This document shows, one piece after another, positions 12,960 to 25,900 of a stretch of DNA of 64,000 nucleotides (the first letter of the stretch is position 1; each line of letters opens with the position of its first letter). The notes under the pieces are model-generated. The model saw nothing but the letters and a program-made list of their open reading frames with translations. It was not told where the DNA came from and searched no databases. The stretch is taken from positions 35,280,001 through 35,344,000 of the forward strand of contig NC_045696.1 in the NCBI RefSeq assembly GCF_009834535.1. The letters run 5' to 3'. Made by a program: the position numbers and the translations under genes. Source of the DNA: Camelus ferus (lineage: Eukaryota).

Positions 12960-15900
12960 CCAGGGATAGTCATGAAAAGGGGATCAGCAGGAGAAGAGAG
13001 AGAAAAGGGGATTGAAAATGTATTTGAAGAAATTATGGCTGAAAACTTCCCAAACCTAAAGGAGGAAACAGATGACGAAGTACAAGAAGCTCAGAGGGTC
13101 CCAAACAAGATGAACCCATGCTAAGACATATCATAATTAAAATGGCAAAAGTTAAGGATAAGTAGAGGACTCAAAAGGCAGAAAGATGAAAGCAAAGAGT
13201 CATTTACAAGAGGATCCCACTTTGATTACAAGGGAATCAGCTATCAATAGATTTCTCTGCAGAAACTTTGCAGACCAGAATAGCATGATATATTCAAAGA
13301 CTTGAAAGGCAAAAACCTGCAACCTAGGATAGTTTAGCCAGCAAGATTATCATTTAGAATAGAAGGAAAGATAAAAAATTTCTCAGACAAGCAAAAACTA
13401 AAACAATAAGCAATACTAATCCCACCCTAAAAGAAATGTTGAAGGGTCTTCTGTAAAGAAGTAAGAATCTACAGGAAAGGGAAAATATCAAAGGAAAAGG
13501 TAAATATATAGTAAGCATTGAAGATCACTTAAGCCAGGATGCAGATTAAAAAGCAATAAAAATGTTATAAAAGTGAGTATACAATAAACAATGAAAGGAT
13601 AAGCAAGAAGATGTAAAACAGGACATATAAATCACAAAATGTGAAAGAAGGGAATATAAACATGTAGATCTTTTATAATGTGTTTAAACTTGAATGACTA
13701 TCAGTTTGAAGCAACTAGATGTAGTTATGGGTTAACATACTTGAACTCCATGGTAAACACAAATCAAAAATATACAACAGTTTCACAAAAAACATAAAGA
13801 AAGGGACTCAAGCATACTACAAAAGAAAATTACCAAACCACGACAGGAAAAACAAAACAAAACAGAAAGAAGAAATGAAGAAAGAAGAACTACAAAATCA
13901 ACTGGAAAACAAAGTTTAAAATGACAATAAGTACACACCTATCAATAATTACTTTGGATATCAATGGACTAAATGATCCCATCAAAAGACACAAGAGTGG
14001 CAGATTGGATTAAAAAAAAACAAGTACCTGCAATATGGTGCTGACAAGAGACTCACTTCAGGGTGAAAGATACAGACTGAAAATGAGGGGATGAAAAAAG
14101 ATATTTCATGAAAATGGAAGCAACAAGAAACCAAGGGTAGCAACAGTCATATGAGACAAAATGGACTTTAAAATAAAGGCCATAAAAAAAGAAAAAGAAT
14201 GGCTTTATATAATGAAAGAAGAGGATATTACACAAGTTAACATATATGCACCCAATATAGGAGCACCTAAAAATATAAAACAAATACTAACAGACATATA
14301 AGAAGAAATTGACAATAATACTAGGAAACTTTAAATACCCCACTGACATCAGTGGGCAGATCATCCAGACAGAAAATCAATAAGGCGACAGAGGTCGTCC
14401 TAAGTGACACAGTAGAACAGCTGGACTTAACTGATAGCTACAGGACACTATATTAAAAACAAAAGCAAAAATAAAAACAGAATATACATTATTTTAAAGC
14501 ATGAATGGAATATTCTCTAGGATAGACCATGTATGAGGTCACAAAACAAACCCCAACAAATTTATGATAGAAATTATGTCAAGGATCTTTTCTGGCCACA
14601 AAAGTATGAAACTAGAAACCAACTACTGAAAGGAAAATGGGAAAAGAACAAATACACGGAGGCTAAGCACAATGCTACTAAAACACCAATGGGTCAACAA
14701 TGAAATCAAAAGAATAAATCAGAAAATACCCTGAGACAAACAAAAATGGAAACACAACTTCACAAAATCTATGGGATGCAGTAAATGCATCTAAGTTCTA
14801 AGAAGAGGGTTTATAACAATACAGGCCTTCCACAAGAAACAAGAAAAATCTCATGTAAAACGCCTAATCTAACACCTGAAAGAATTAGATAAAGAAGAAC
14901 AAAGCCTTTTGTCAGAGGGAAGAAAATAATAAAGACCAGAGAGGAAATAAATAAAAGCGAGATTAAAAAATACAATAGAAAAGACCAATAAAACTAAGAG
15001 CTGAGTTTTTGAAAAGATAAACAAAACTGACAAACCTCTAGCCAGACTCATCAAGAAGAAAACAGGAGCCAAATAAACAAAATAAGAAACAAAAGAGGAG
15101 AGGTAATTGAAACCACAGAAATGAAATAATAAGAGAATACTATGAATAGTTATATAGCAAAAACTCAACAATCTAGAAGAAATGGATGAGTTTCTGGAAA
15201 CATACATTCTGCTAAGACTGAGTCAGGAAGAAAGATAATTTGAATGGACTGATCACTGGAAGTGAAATAGAATCTGTAATTTAAAAAAAAAAAAATCCCT
15301 GCAAACAAAAGTCCAGGACCAGACAGCTTCACCTGGGAATTCTACCAAATACATAAAGAACTTACACCTATCCTTCTCAAACTATTCTGAAGAATTTAAA
15401 AGGAGGGAAAACTCCCAAATTCATTCTAAGAGGCCATCATCACCCTGATACCAAGACCAGACAAAGACACTACAAGAAAAGAAAATTACAGGCCACTATC
15501 TTTGATGAGTACAGATGCAAAATTCTCAACAAAATATGAGAAAATTGAAACCAGTATTACACAGAAACAATTATACAAGACGACCAAGTTGGATTCATTC
15601 CCAGGACATAAGGACAGTTCAACATACGAAAATCAACCAATGTGATATACCACATTGACAAAAGGAAAGACAAAGATCATATAATCATCTCAATAAATGC
15701 ACAAAAAGCACTTGACAAACTTCAACATCCACTCATGATGAAAGAGTTTCACCCAGGTGGATACAGAGGAAATATACCTCAAAAAAATAAAAAGACATTT
15801 ACAACAAACCCACAGTGAACATAATAAATGATGAAAACTTGAAAGCCTTCCTGCTCAATTCAGGAACAAGACAAGGAGGCCACTCTCATCACTTCTCTTC

Positions 15901-18020
15901 AACACAGTATTGGAAATCATAGCCAGAGAAATAAGACAAGAAAAAGAAATAAAAGTATTCAAATTGGAAGCGAAGAGATAAAACTGTCCTCCATTTGCAG
16001 ATGACATGACACTCTATATAGAGAACCCTAAAGTCTCCACACAAAAACTATTAAAATTAATACAAGAATTTGTCAAGGTAGCAAGCTACAAGATTAATAT
16101 CAAAAATCTGTTAAATTTCTTTACACATTATGAAATTTTAGAAAGAGAAAGTAAAAAAAAAAAAAAAAAAACCTGTTCAAAATTGAATCCAAAAAAAAAA
16201 ACCAAAAAACAAAACAGGAATAAATGTAACAAGGGACGTGAAAGACCTATACACTGAAAACGATAAAACACTGATAAAAGAAATTGAAGATGACTTAAAA
16301 AAATGGAAAGGTATACTGTGTTCTTAGATTGGGAAAATAAATATTATTAAAATGGCGATACTACTCGAAGCAATCTGCAGATTTAATTCAATCCCTATCA
16401 AAATACCCATGACATTTTTTACAGAACAAGAACAAATAGTCCTAAAGTTTATAAGGAACAACAAGAGGACCCAGAATTATCAAAGGAATCCTGAGTAAAG
16501 AGAATAAACCTGAAAGTACAACCCTTTCAGATTTCAAACTATATTACAAAGCTATAGTAATCTAAGCAGTTTGGTATTGATACCAAAACAAACATACAGA
16601 TCAACAGAACAGAATAGACAGCCCAGAAATAAACCCACACACCAATGGTCAAATAATCTATGACAAAGGAGATAAGAATATACACTGGAGAAAATACAAT
16701 CTCTTCAACGTGTAGTGTTGGGAAAGCTGGACAGCTACACGTAGATCAATGAAATTAGAACATTCCCTTATACCAAATAAACTCAAAATGGTTTAAATTC
16801 CTATAACTATAAGACATGATACTATAAAACTTCCAGAAGAGAACACAGGCAAAATATTCTTTGACATAAGTTGCAACTATTTTCTTAGATCTGTCTCCCA
16901 AGCTAAAAGAAATAAAAGTAAAAATAACAAATGTAGCCTAATTAAAAGCTTTGCATATGGGAAAAAAAAACAACTTTGGATAGCAAAGGAAACAATAAAT
17001 TCTACAGAATGGGAGAAAATACCTGCAGGTGATGATATCAACAAGGGTTTGATATCCAAAATGTACAAACAGTTCATACAAATAAATATGAAAAACAAAC
17101 AACCCAATCTAAAAATGGGCAGAAGATCTAAATAGATTTTTTTCAAAGAAGATATACAGATGGCCAATAGACGCATGAAAAGATGCTCAACATCTCTAAT
17201 TATCAGAGATATGCAAAGAAAAACCACAATGAGGTATCACCTCACATCTGTCAGAATGGCTATCATCAAAAAGTCTATAAATAATAAATGCTGGAAAGGG
17301 TGTGAGCAAAAGCAAACCCTCCTACACTGTTGGTGGGAATGTAAGTTGGTGCAGCCACTATGAAAAATGGTATGGTGGTTTCTAAAAATAAACTAAAAAT
17401 AGAGCTACCATATGATCCAGCAATTCTACTCCTACTTATATATCTGGAAAAAGCAGACACTAATCCAAAAAGATACATGCACCCCAATGTTCACAGCAGC
17501 TCTATGTACAATAGCCAAAACATAGCAGCAACCCAAATGCCTGTCAACAGGTGACTGGCTTAAAATGTAGTATATAAATACAATAGAATATTACTCAGCT
17601 GCAAAAAAAGAATAAAACAAGGCAAATTGCAGCAACGTGAATGGACCTAGAGAATATTACACTTAGAGAAATAAGTCAGATAAAGAAAGCCAAATACTGT
17701 ATGATGCCCCACTTATATGTAGGATCTAAAAAATAATACAAATAAATCTATATACAAAACAAAAACAGACTGACAGCCATAAAAATCAAACCTATGGTTA
17801 CCAAAGGGGAAGGGGGGTGGGGAGAGGACAAATTAGGAATATAAGATTAACAGATCCACAAGGATCTACTGTATAGTACAGAAAATTATACCCAATATCT
17901 TATAAACACCTGTAACGGAATATAATCTGAAAAAGCGAACAAACAAAAAGAATCATTACACTGTACAGCTGAAACTAACACAATATTGTAAATCAACTGA
18001 ACTACAATTTTAAAAAGTAA
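12960..18020 (+). mobile_element. 5'-truncated LINE-1, Cetartiodactyla-type: ORF1 3' half, spacer, disrupted ORF2, 3' UTR
   Basis: ORF1-like EEIMAENFPNL at ~13026; ORF2 endonuclease start at ~13921; RT motif FADDM (TTTGCAGATGACATG) 15994-16008; C-terminal [15 protein letters not shown] and IELPYDPAI in the ORF track; 3' UTR ending gaaactaacacaatattgtaaatcaac. Many stops and frameshifts. Confidence 0.95.
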
Positions 18021-18523
18021 TAAAATTATCTGAAAAAAGCATTGAAATGGACATTTTTGTAGCATGAAAAGGAGGAAAAAAAACTGGCAGATCTTTAATA
18101 AAGAATCAAAATATTACACCTAGAGAGTAGCCGAAATGCTGTCCTCTGTTAGTTCTTCTCGTATTAAAATAATTTTAAATGTTATATTATACTAAGGCCA
18201 TATTAAAATATAAAAGAACCTGGACTTAAAATATATAGGTTCAAATTTATTTTCTTCTGCTGACAGTAAACCAAAATATGCTTATCTTTTGGGGACTTCA
18301 GACAGGATAAATAAAATGACAGTTAAAAATCTTTTCAGTTTGGAATTACTGTGAGTTTTTGGATTCTAATAATGTTTAAATTTATAAATATATAGACCAT
18401 TTAGTAATGAAAAATGCAACAATAAAATAAAAACATTGTTGATGTGTGTTTTTAGCTACTTAACATTCCACCTTAGTTTTTTTGAAATTCTCTTTGCTGA
18501 AATGCAAAACTAATTTGTCTTCT

Positions 18524-19030
18524 TATTATTGTGGTAAGAATACTTAACGTGAGATCTACCCATTTAACAAATTTTTAAGTGCATAATACAATATTGTTAA
18601 TTTACTAAGCATAATGCTATACAGCAGATCTCTAGAACTTACTCATCTTGCATAATTTTTTTCTTGTTGATCAACAACTCTCCATTTCTCATTCCCTCCA
18701 TTCCCTGGAAACCACTACTCTAATTTATGCTTTTATGATTTTGACTATTTTAGGTACTTCATATAAGTGGAATAATGCGATATTTATTCTTCTGTGACTG
18801 GCTTATTTTACTTAACATAATGTCCTCCAGGTTCATCAAGTTGTTACATATGGCAGGATATACGCTATTTAAGGCTGAATAATATTCCATTGTATGTACA
18901 TATCACATTTTCTATATCCGTTCATCAATCTTCCATTCAGGTTTTTTTCCCTATGTCTTAACTGTTGTGAATACTGCTGCAATGAACGTAGGACTACAGA
19001 TACGTCTTTGAAATACTAGTATTATTTCCT
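18524..19030 (-). mobile_element. L1 3' end (L1MA9-like)
   Basis: gtggtaagaatacttaacgtgagatctaccc ... cagcagatctctagaactta ... aaggctgaataatattccattgtatg. Confidence 0.85.
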
Positions 19031-19521
19031 TCTACTTTTGTTTTGAAAATGCCATTGTCATTTCTTTTTCATCCATTCTTAATCCTCTCAGACCATTTCT
19101 GTTTAGTTGTGCATAAAACAACATATCTATGCTAACAGTTTCAAATGCTGACATTGAACTTATTTTATCATGGAGAAAAATGACATGTCTTTGGATCTTC
19201 AGTATGGTATTTTCAGATAAAAAGGAAATAGTTGTTTCAAAATATATCCATAAACACCTAGGGTATCAAGATCAAACTAAGTTTTATGGTATTCTATAGA
19301 TCTTCAAACTCATTTGCAAATATTATATAATACAACTGTTAAAGATAGCTAATTCTGAAAGATGCTAATTGTATGTTTGATAGTCAACTCTCAATTTTTA
19401 AATGTTACTTCAATTGTACATGAGAGGTCTATTGCCCAAGGAAATTCGGCATGCTAAGGTACTGTAAACCTTTGAAGTGTAACATTCTTAAACCAAAGAA
19501 ATAGTGGTGAATCTGTCTTAC

Positions 19522-19668
19522 CTGTGACATAAGTGTTTTCCTTAAGTGTTACACTTAAATGTTTAAGGAAAAACTTGCAGAGATTTTAAAATTATTCTTT
19601 GACACCCAAAACTTTTTCCCAGGAGACCATAAACTGATAACTCGTCAGTAGCCACAGGTTCGGAAAAT
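19522..19668 (-). other. Candidate internal exon (147 nt; alternative acceptor would extend it to 19848)
   Basis: Strong donor CAG|GTAAGA at 19521; acceptors atctcttag| (19669) or aatttttcttag| (19849); repeat-free context. Confidence 0.35.
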
Positions 19669-22239
19669 CTAAGAGATTTATAGGAAATTTCTTCTAGATT
19701 GCTACTGTTTATCTCATGTCATTTGCAGGCTGTATGCTTGCATATATTCTGTTCGGTATATAAAGATGCTCCCAGTAGCTGAGCAATTTCCATGTTTCAG
19801 TAACACTAGAGTAAAGCCTTTGGGAGTCTGTGACAGCTAGGATCACAACTAAGAAAAATTAAAGATTTTTTTGCGATCATCAGAGCCAAAGATTAATGTG
19901 CATTTCAAAAATATAAATGTGCTTGGAAAAGGTAATATTTTATTACACAAAATATGTGCATTTTGATTTTGTACAGTACACTTAAAATCTACAAGTGTAC
20001 TCACCATGGTTTCCTTACTTAGCAAAAAATAAACCTTTTTACTATCTATCCAACCAAGTGTTAATAATTGTCAGTGTTTGAGTTGAGTATGTCTCAATGA
20101 CAGCCAAATTAAAGTACAGTCGATGGGGTGAGATGGAATACAGATGTGAGAATCCAGATGCTCACTCTTGAAAATTAAATTTCCAGGTACACAAATGGAA
20201 ATGTCTCAGGCTTAATAAAGTAACTAAAGTTTCACAGACTTGTGGGCAGGCCTTGGTTAGGACCTAGACGGTGTGTATATGTGTGTGTTTCCTGATCACA
20301 GAGTTTAAAAATTATTTGAGACAACATTGAAAATCGGAAATATCCATGTAACAATCCAGGTATTAGTCTCTTTTTGAAAACCAAGGATGATATGGAACTG
20401 GACTGAGGATTCAGTTTTGCCTTCATTTAGATTCATTTGAGACTTACAAACATTGGAGTATGAACCAGCTGTGGACCAACTCAAAGAGTTCCTATCTTTT
20501 TGATCTTTTACACAAAAGCATCAGCTTCCCAGAAATGGTGTGAAGAGAGATATTATGAAATAGTTGAATATACAGGGCCAAAAAGCTAGTAAGATAGAAT
20601 TTAATTTTATCTATTGTCTGTACAAATAGAGGCATTTCTTGATCAAGGCCAAAAGCTATTCTTGAAAATCAGGCGTACTTCATGAAGGCAGTAACCAGGA
20701 GCCTACTATATCTTACTGGAAATATGGGAAATCATAATACTCCTTGTAGAAACAAGGTATCTTAATTATTGTATTAATCATCATGCAAGGTTTATAATGT
20801 CTATTTTCACTGTTTTTTTTATTTCATTAACTTCTTTCTAATAGATGAAATTGCTGCATAGTTAAATTCATAAAATGTAGCATTTCTGTAACCCAAGTAG
20901 ATCTTCATTAAAACAGACTATGAAGATTATAACAGAGAATGAAATAATGAAAGAGAGGCTTTGGAGCCATCATATTCAATCATGCCTATAGTTTTGCCTG
21001 TGTGAAAATTCAGGATTATTACAAAAGGCAAAAAACTGACAATATATTTTCTTAGAAAAGATGTGGGGAGAAAATACCTATAAGGGGGCCAGGCAGAGTT
21101 TTGGAAATTTTATTTTGAAGGGAAACATGCTAACCTCCTTTGCTAGAAGACTTCTCAATTGTCATTTAAGCTTCTTACCAAGTTTGCCTTGGTAAGCCAT
21201 GTTAAGTGGACAATATATTTTTTTTAATAGCAACAAAGGGCAAATAGGTAATGAATTCAGATTTTAACTGCTCATGTCCACTTTGCAGGATGACAACACT
21301 CAAAAATATATTAATAAATATCTCTGAACTTTAACACTATTGAAATCTTTTTTCTTAATTTTGTGTGTGTGGTGTTTGTAAAGTCATGCAACAGTCTATT
21401 TACTCACTAGTTAGGAAAAAGTGCTGCTATATTGTTTATCAAGATAACTATTTGAGGTGTTCAGAAAGCATAAAAAGTATGTAAATACATACATACATAG
21501 TTTTAAATTACATATACAATCTGTCTGGGGAAAACATACTGGCTTTTGTCCTGTGGAATTATTTCTGAAAAAGAATAGGAAAACATACACATACATACAC
21601 ATTTAAGATAGACAGTATTTCATTGTCAGCTTTAGGATAATAATAGGAAACATAATTTTATGAGTCATAGCCTGTTTGACTTTAATCCTTTTAGACATTG
21701 CAACCATTTGATTAAGTGCTATATGAGCTTTCCCCCCTAACACTCTCAAAGTGTCATCTGTCATAGCCTTGCTGTCACAACCAAAAAATATGACTGTCTA
21801 ATGATATTAGAGCCAAGAAATATGATGTTGGGTTTGGCATTTCAGATCACAATGGTTCCTTACTGTAAACTATGTAGCAAGGTCTCAGTGTGTATAGTGA
21901 AAGAGAAGATATCAACTGAGACCATAAACATGGCAGATTTGGGGTAAAAATAGACTGAAAAAAATGGTAACTTTACTCTCCTGCCTTATTTAATGCAGAA
22001 TACTATGAATAAATACCTATGGTCTGCTAATTTTTTTCTAAGTAAATGACTATACATTAATTATTGTGAGCAGTAAAAAGTTACACATTTGGGCTAAGTT
22101 CCTTTATCAGAACATTTGCAATAGGTTAAATTTCCCAGCTTAATACTGCATAAGATTTGTTGCTATCTGGTCCCTGAAAAGATCCTAATATGCTATTAAC
22201 ACTGAAAGTGTCAATTAAATGTGAGACATGATCAGGTGG

Positions 22240-22468
22240 GCTTTGGAATTTAAAAAAAAATATTTATTTCCTAGTTCCAATTCAGGAATATATAATTAAC
22301 CTGTGAGATATTTGGCACATCACTTATTATCTCTTTCCTATTTTCCTTATTTGTAAAACCATGTTTCCAGTATGTGACTGGCAGAGGTTTTTGTGTGTGA
22401 ATTAGGTGGGAAAATGCACGTGTTTAACACATAGTAGGTATAATAAAAGATAGCTATATTTATCATTA
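22240..22468 (+). mobile_element. MIR SINE
   Basis: ttttccttatttgtaaaa core and acacatagtaggtataataaaagatagctat tail. Confidence 0.55.
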
Positions 22469-22989
22469 GAAATATTGTTAGAAACATATAGTAAATCTAT
22501 TTCTGCCCTTGCACAATGATATGGTTTAAACCTGTAATTTCGAAATTCAGGTCACCATACTTCAATACAACTTCAAAACATAGTTCAAAACAACTTGTAG
22601 AGAATATAAGGTAGAGCAGCAGAACTAATTGAGGAGACAAAGTAGTTTTAAGAACCATCACTTTGATTCATAGAGCTACAATGGATTTTGAGACATGTCA
22701 AAGTAGACAAGAAAGAAATGTGAGAAGAAGACATAGTTCACAGGGGACAATTAGAAGGAAATATTGTGTACTGAAAGGAAGGAGGTTTAGCCAGACTATT
22801 GGATGTGAAGAGTATGGAATATTTATTTCACAAACAACCACTAAGAGCAGTGTGAAAACTCAAACACAGGATCTGCCCTCCAAAGTAAATGTGCAAGTGA
22901 TGAAACTGGAAAATACCAAAATATAATAAGATAAACTTATCAGATGGTAAAAATATACAAAGGGTGAGAAACACTTATTGAATGTTGCT

Positions 22990-25900
22990 GTGAGGGTCTC
23001 CCTGGACACTGTTCCCAGCAAACCAACCATAACTCATGAAAATATTTTTTTAAATCTCTTTAAAATCTTTGGGAATTGTCCTCTGGGAATTTGCAAACAG
23101 CAAATGGAGAAACATTCATTCCAGAAAATCTATGCAACCTTAGTCTGTGCCATTTCACTCATAGCCTCTCCTTCTCCCTCAGCTTAATTTGGCAAAAGCT
23201 CTACTCTGGGATGATGCAGCTAAGAAGATGGAACTCTGTCACTCTTCTCCCAGCTCCCAGTCTAAGGTGATGACTTTCTGTAAAGTACAGGCTGTAACCT
23301 TTACTCACTCCCTCCACACAGCTCCACACTACAGAAGATCTACTTGAGGCAAACACAGCTAAGAGTTCTAGAGTTATCATCCTCTGCCCTGTCCCCACTT
23401 ATCAAATGGAAATTCTAATCCAGGAGTGTCTGACAAAGAATACTGAGACCGAATTCCCCCCACCCCAGCTTGTTCATGGGGTGAAAGCTGCATGCCAGTA
23501 AAGGAAAGTAAGAAGACCTATCACACACAACCATCTCTCCAGTGCCCAATCTTGGGTAAAGTTGTTATTCAAAGAGTATCAGGTCACTCCATCTCTGGAG
23601 AAGTGGCACAGGAGGAAGTGCAATCTCTACAAGAACAGAAGGTGAAACAGCCCTCTATAAAGGGATTGACTTTACTTGAAACACAAGAGGAATATTTATG
23701 TCCATGGGCATGGTTAAAATCAATGGAGATCTTGGTGCATAGCAATTACAAAGAGACTGTCATGACAGCAACATGTAGACCAGACAGAAGTTTAACAATA
23801 AGATCGAGGGAGGTAACTGGAAAAGAAGAACTATCTAGATTAAAAGAAGTTTCAAAGACTGATCTGAAGAAGTTTAGAGTCTACCTTTGCTCCAGAGGGT
23901 TGAAAACAACGTATCAATCAGCTAGCCATTAGTGGACGCTAACTGAATGTGATTCCACTAGTGACAGAACATCCAAACTTAACAGGGAGATCAGGTAAAA
24001 AGACAGAGTCCAACTAAAACCACATTCATGTTTGTGTAGGTTAGGGGGAGACTGTACACAGACCCAGGGTTGTACCCTCTGAAGAGCAACATCAGAGACT
24101 GCACATCATGAGAGAAAAAAACTTCACTGAGTAAGTCCAGTCAAGTCACTAAACAAAAAAGCAAACAATAAGACTGAGCAATAGGATACAGAATTGCTAC
24201 AATATATTACCTAAAATATACAGTTTCAGCAAGAAATTGAGTCATGCAAAGTAACATTAAAATGTAATGTATACAGAAATGTAATCTATATAGAAGAAAA
24301 AACGCAGGCAATAGAAATTTGTTATGAAAGTACACAGATGATACACTTACACAAAGATTTCAAAGCAGCTGTCAAAGGTATTTTAAAGAAATAAAAATAA
24401 ACATGCTTAAAGAATTTAAAGAAGACATGATAACAATATCTAATCAAATAGTGAACATCAAGAGATGGAAATTGCTTGAAAAAAGAAGAAACAAAGAAAA
24501 ATTCTGGAATTCAGAAGTACTATAAGCAAAATGAAGAACTTATCAGATGCTCAACAGTACTTTTAAGCTGGTAGAAATGCAAATCAGTTAACTTGAACAC
24601 AGATTGGCAAATATTATAAAATGTGAAGTACAGAGAGAAAAAATGAATAAAGGAAAATGAACTTGGCCTCAGAGGAATGTAGGATACTATTGAGTAAAGC
24701 AATATATCCATATTAAAATTACATAAATGAGAAGAGAAAAAGTAGAAAAAAGATAAAAGAAACAGTGGCCGAAACTTCCCAAATTTAATCAAAACCATTA
24801 TTATACACATCCAGAAAGCTCAATAAAATCTAGTAAGATAAATACAAAAAGATCTACAGCAGACACAATGGGATCAAAATGCTCAAAGTCAAGGATAAAG
24901 AGAGAAATCTTAAAAGCAGAACAGACTTGTCATACACCAGGGAACTCCAAAAAGAATAGGCTGACTTCTCATCAAAAACAATGAATGTCAGGAGACAGTT
25001 GTATAACATATTCAAAATATTTAAAGAAAAAATAAAACTGTCAATCTAGAATCATAATCAGCAAACTTCCTCCAAAAATCACTTTAAAAAATGAAGGTAG
25101 AAATAAAACATCTCCAGATTTTTTTAAAAATGACAATTTCTTGCTAGCAGACCCACCATACAAGAGTAGTAATGAAGTATTTCAGGCTGAAAACAAGTAA
25201 CACTAAGCTTTAATTTAAAACCACACACACTTAAAAAGAGTGCTGGTAAATATAATTATATAGGTAATCATAAAAGACACTATGCTTGCATTTTACTTCT
25301 CTCTTCTTTCCCAATTCATGCTATGAGGTCAGTATCACCCTAAGACCAATGTCAGAGAAAGACATCACGAAAAAAGTAAAATAGAAAACTACTGATCAAT
25401 ATCTTTTATGAATATAGATGCAAAAATATAAACAAAATACCAGCAAAACAAATCCAGCAACATATAAAAAAATTACATATAAATTATAAATTCCACAGCC
25501 AAGTTGGATTTATCCTAGGAATGCAAAGTTGGTTTACTATACAATAGTCAATTAACGTAATTAACCACATTAATAGAACAAAGAATAAAAACCACATAAT
25601 CATCTTAACAGACAGAAATTTTTAAAGCCAAAACCTTTTCTTGATAAAGTTACTTAAGCTAGGAATAAAAGGAAAATGATTAAATCTAGTAAAAAGAATC
25701 TATAAAAAGCCCACAGATCATACTTAGTAAAAGATTGAAAGCTTTCTCTCTGAGATCAGAAACAAGACAAATAAATACATTTTCACCACTTCTATTTAAT
25801 ATTTTACTTGATTCTAACACAGCAATTAGATAATAAATATATAATACATACTTATATACATACAGAGATTGGAAAGAAGGAATTTAAAACTCTCTTTTTG

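Noticed and set aside
13921..17720. L1 ORF2 as a functional CDS
   Set aside because: Broken by many frameshifts and stops; only short pieces appear in the ORF track, and the element lacks its 5' UTR.
19999..20020. Strong minus-strand donor ATG|GTGAGT at 20004
   Set aside because: No convincing acceptor at a plausible exon distance was identified by eye.
23492..23932. 146-aa plus-strand ORF
   Set aside because: Lies in the presumed 5' region of an old L1; no recognisable protein similarity.
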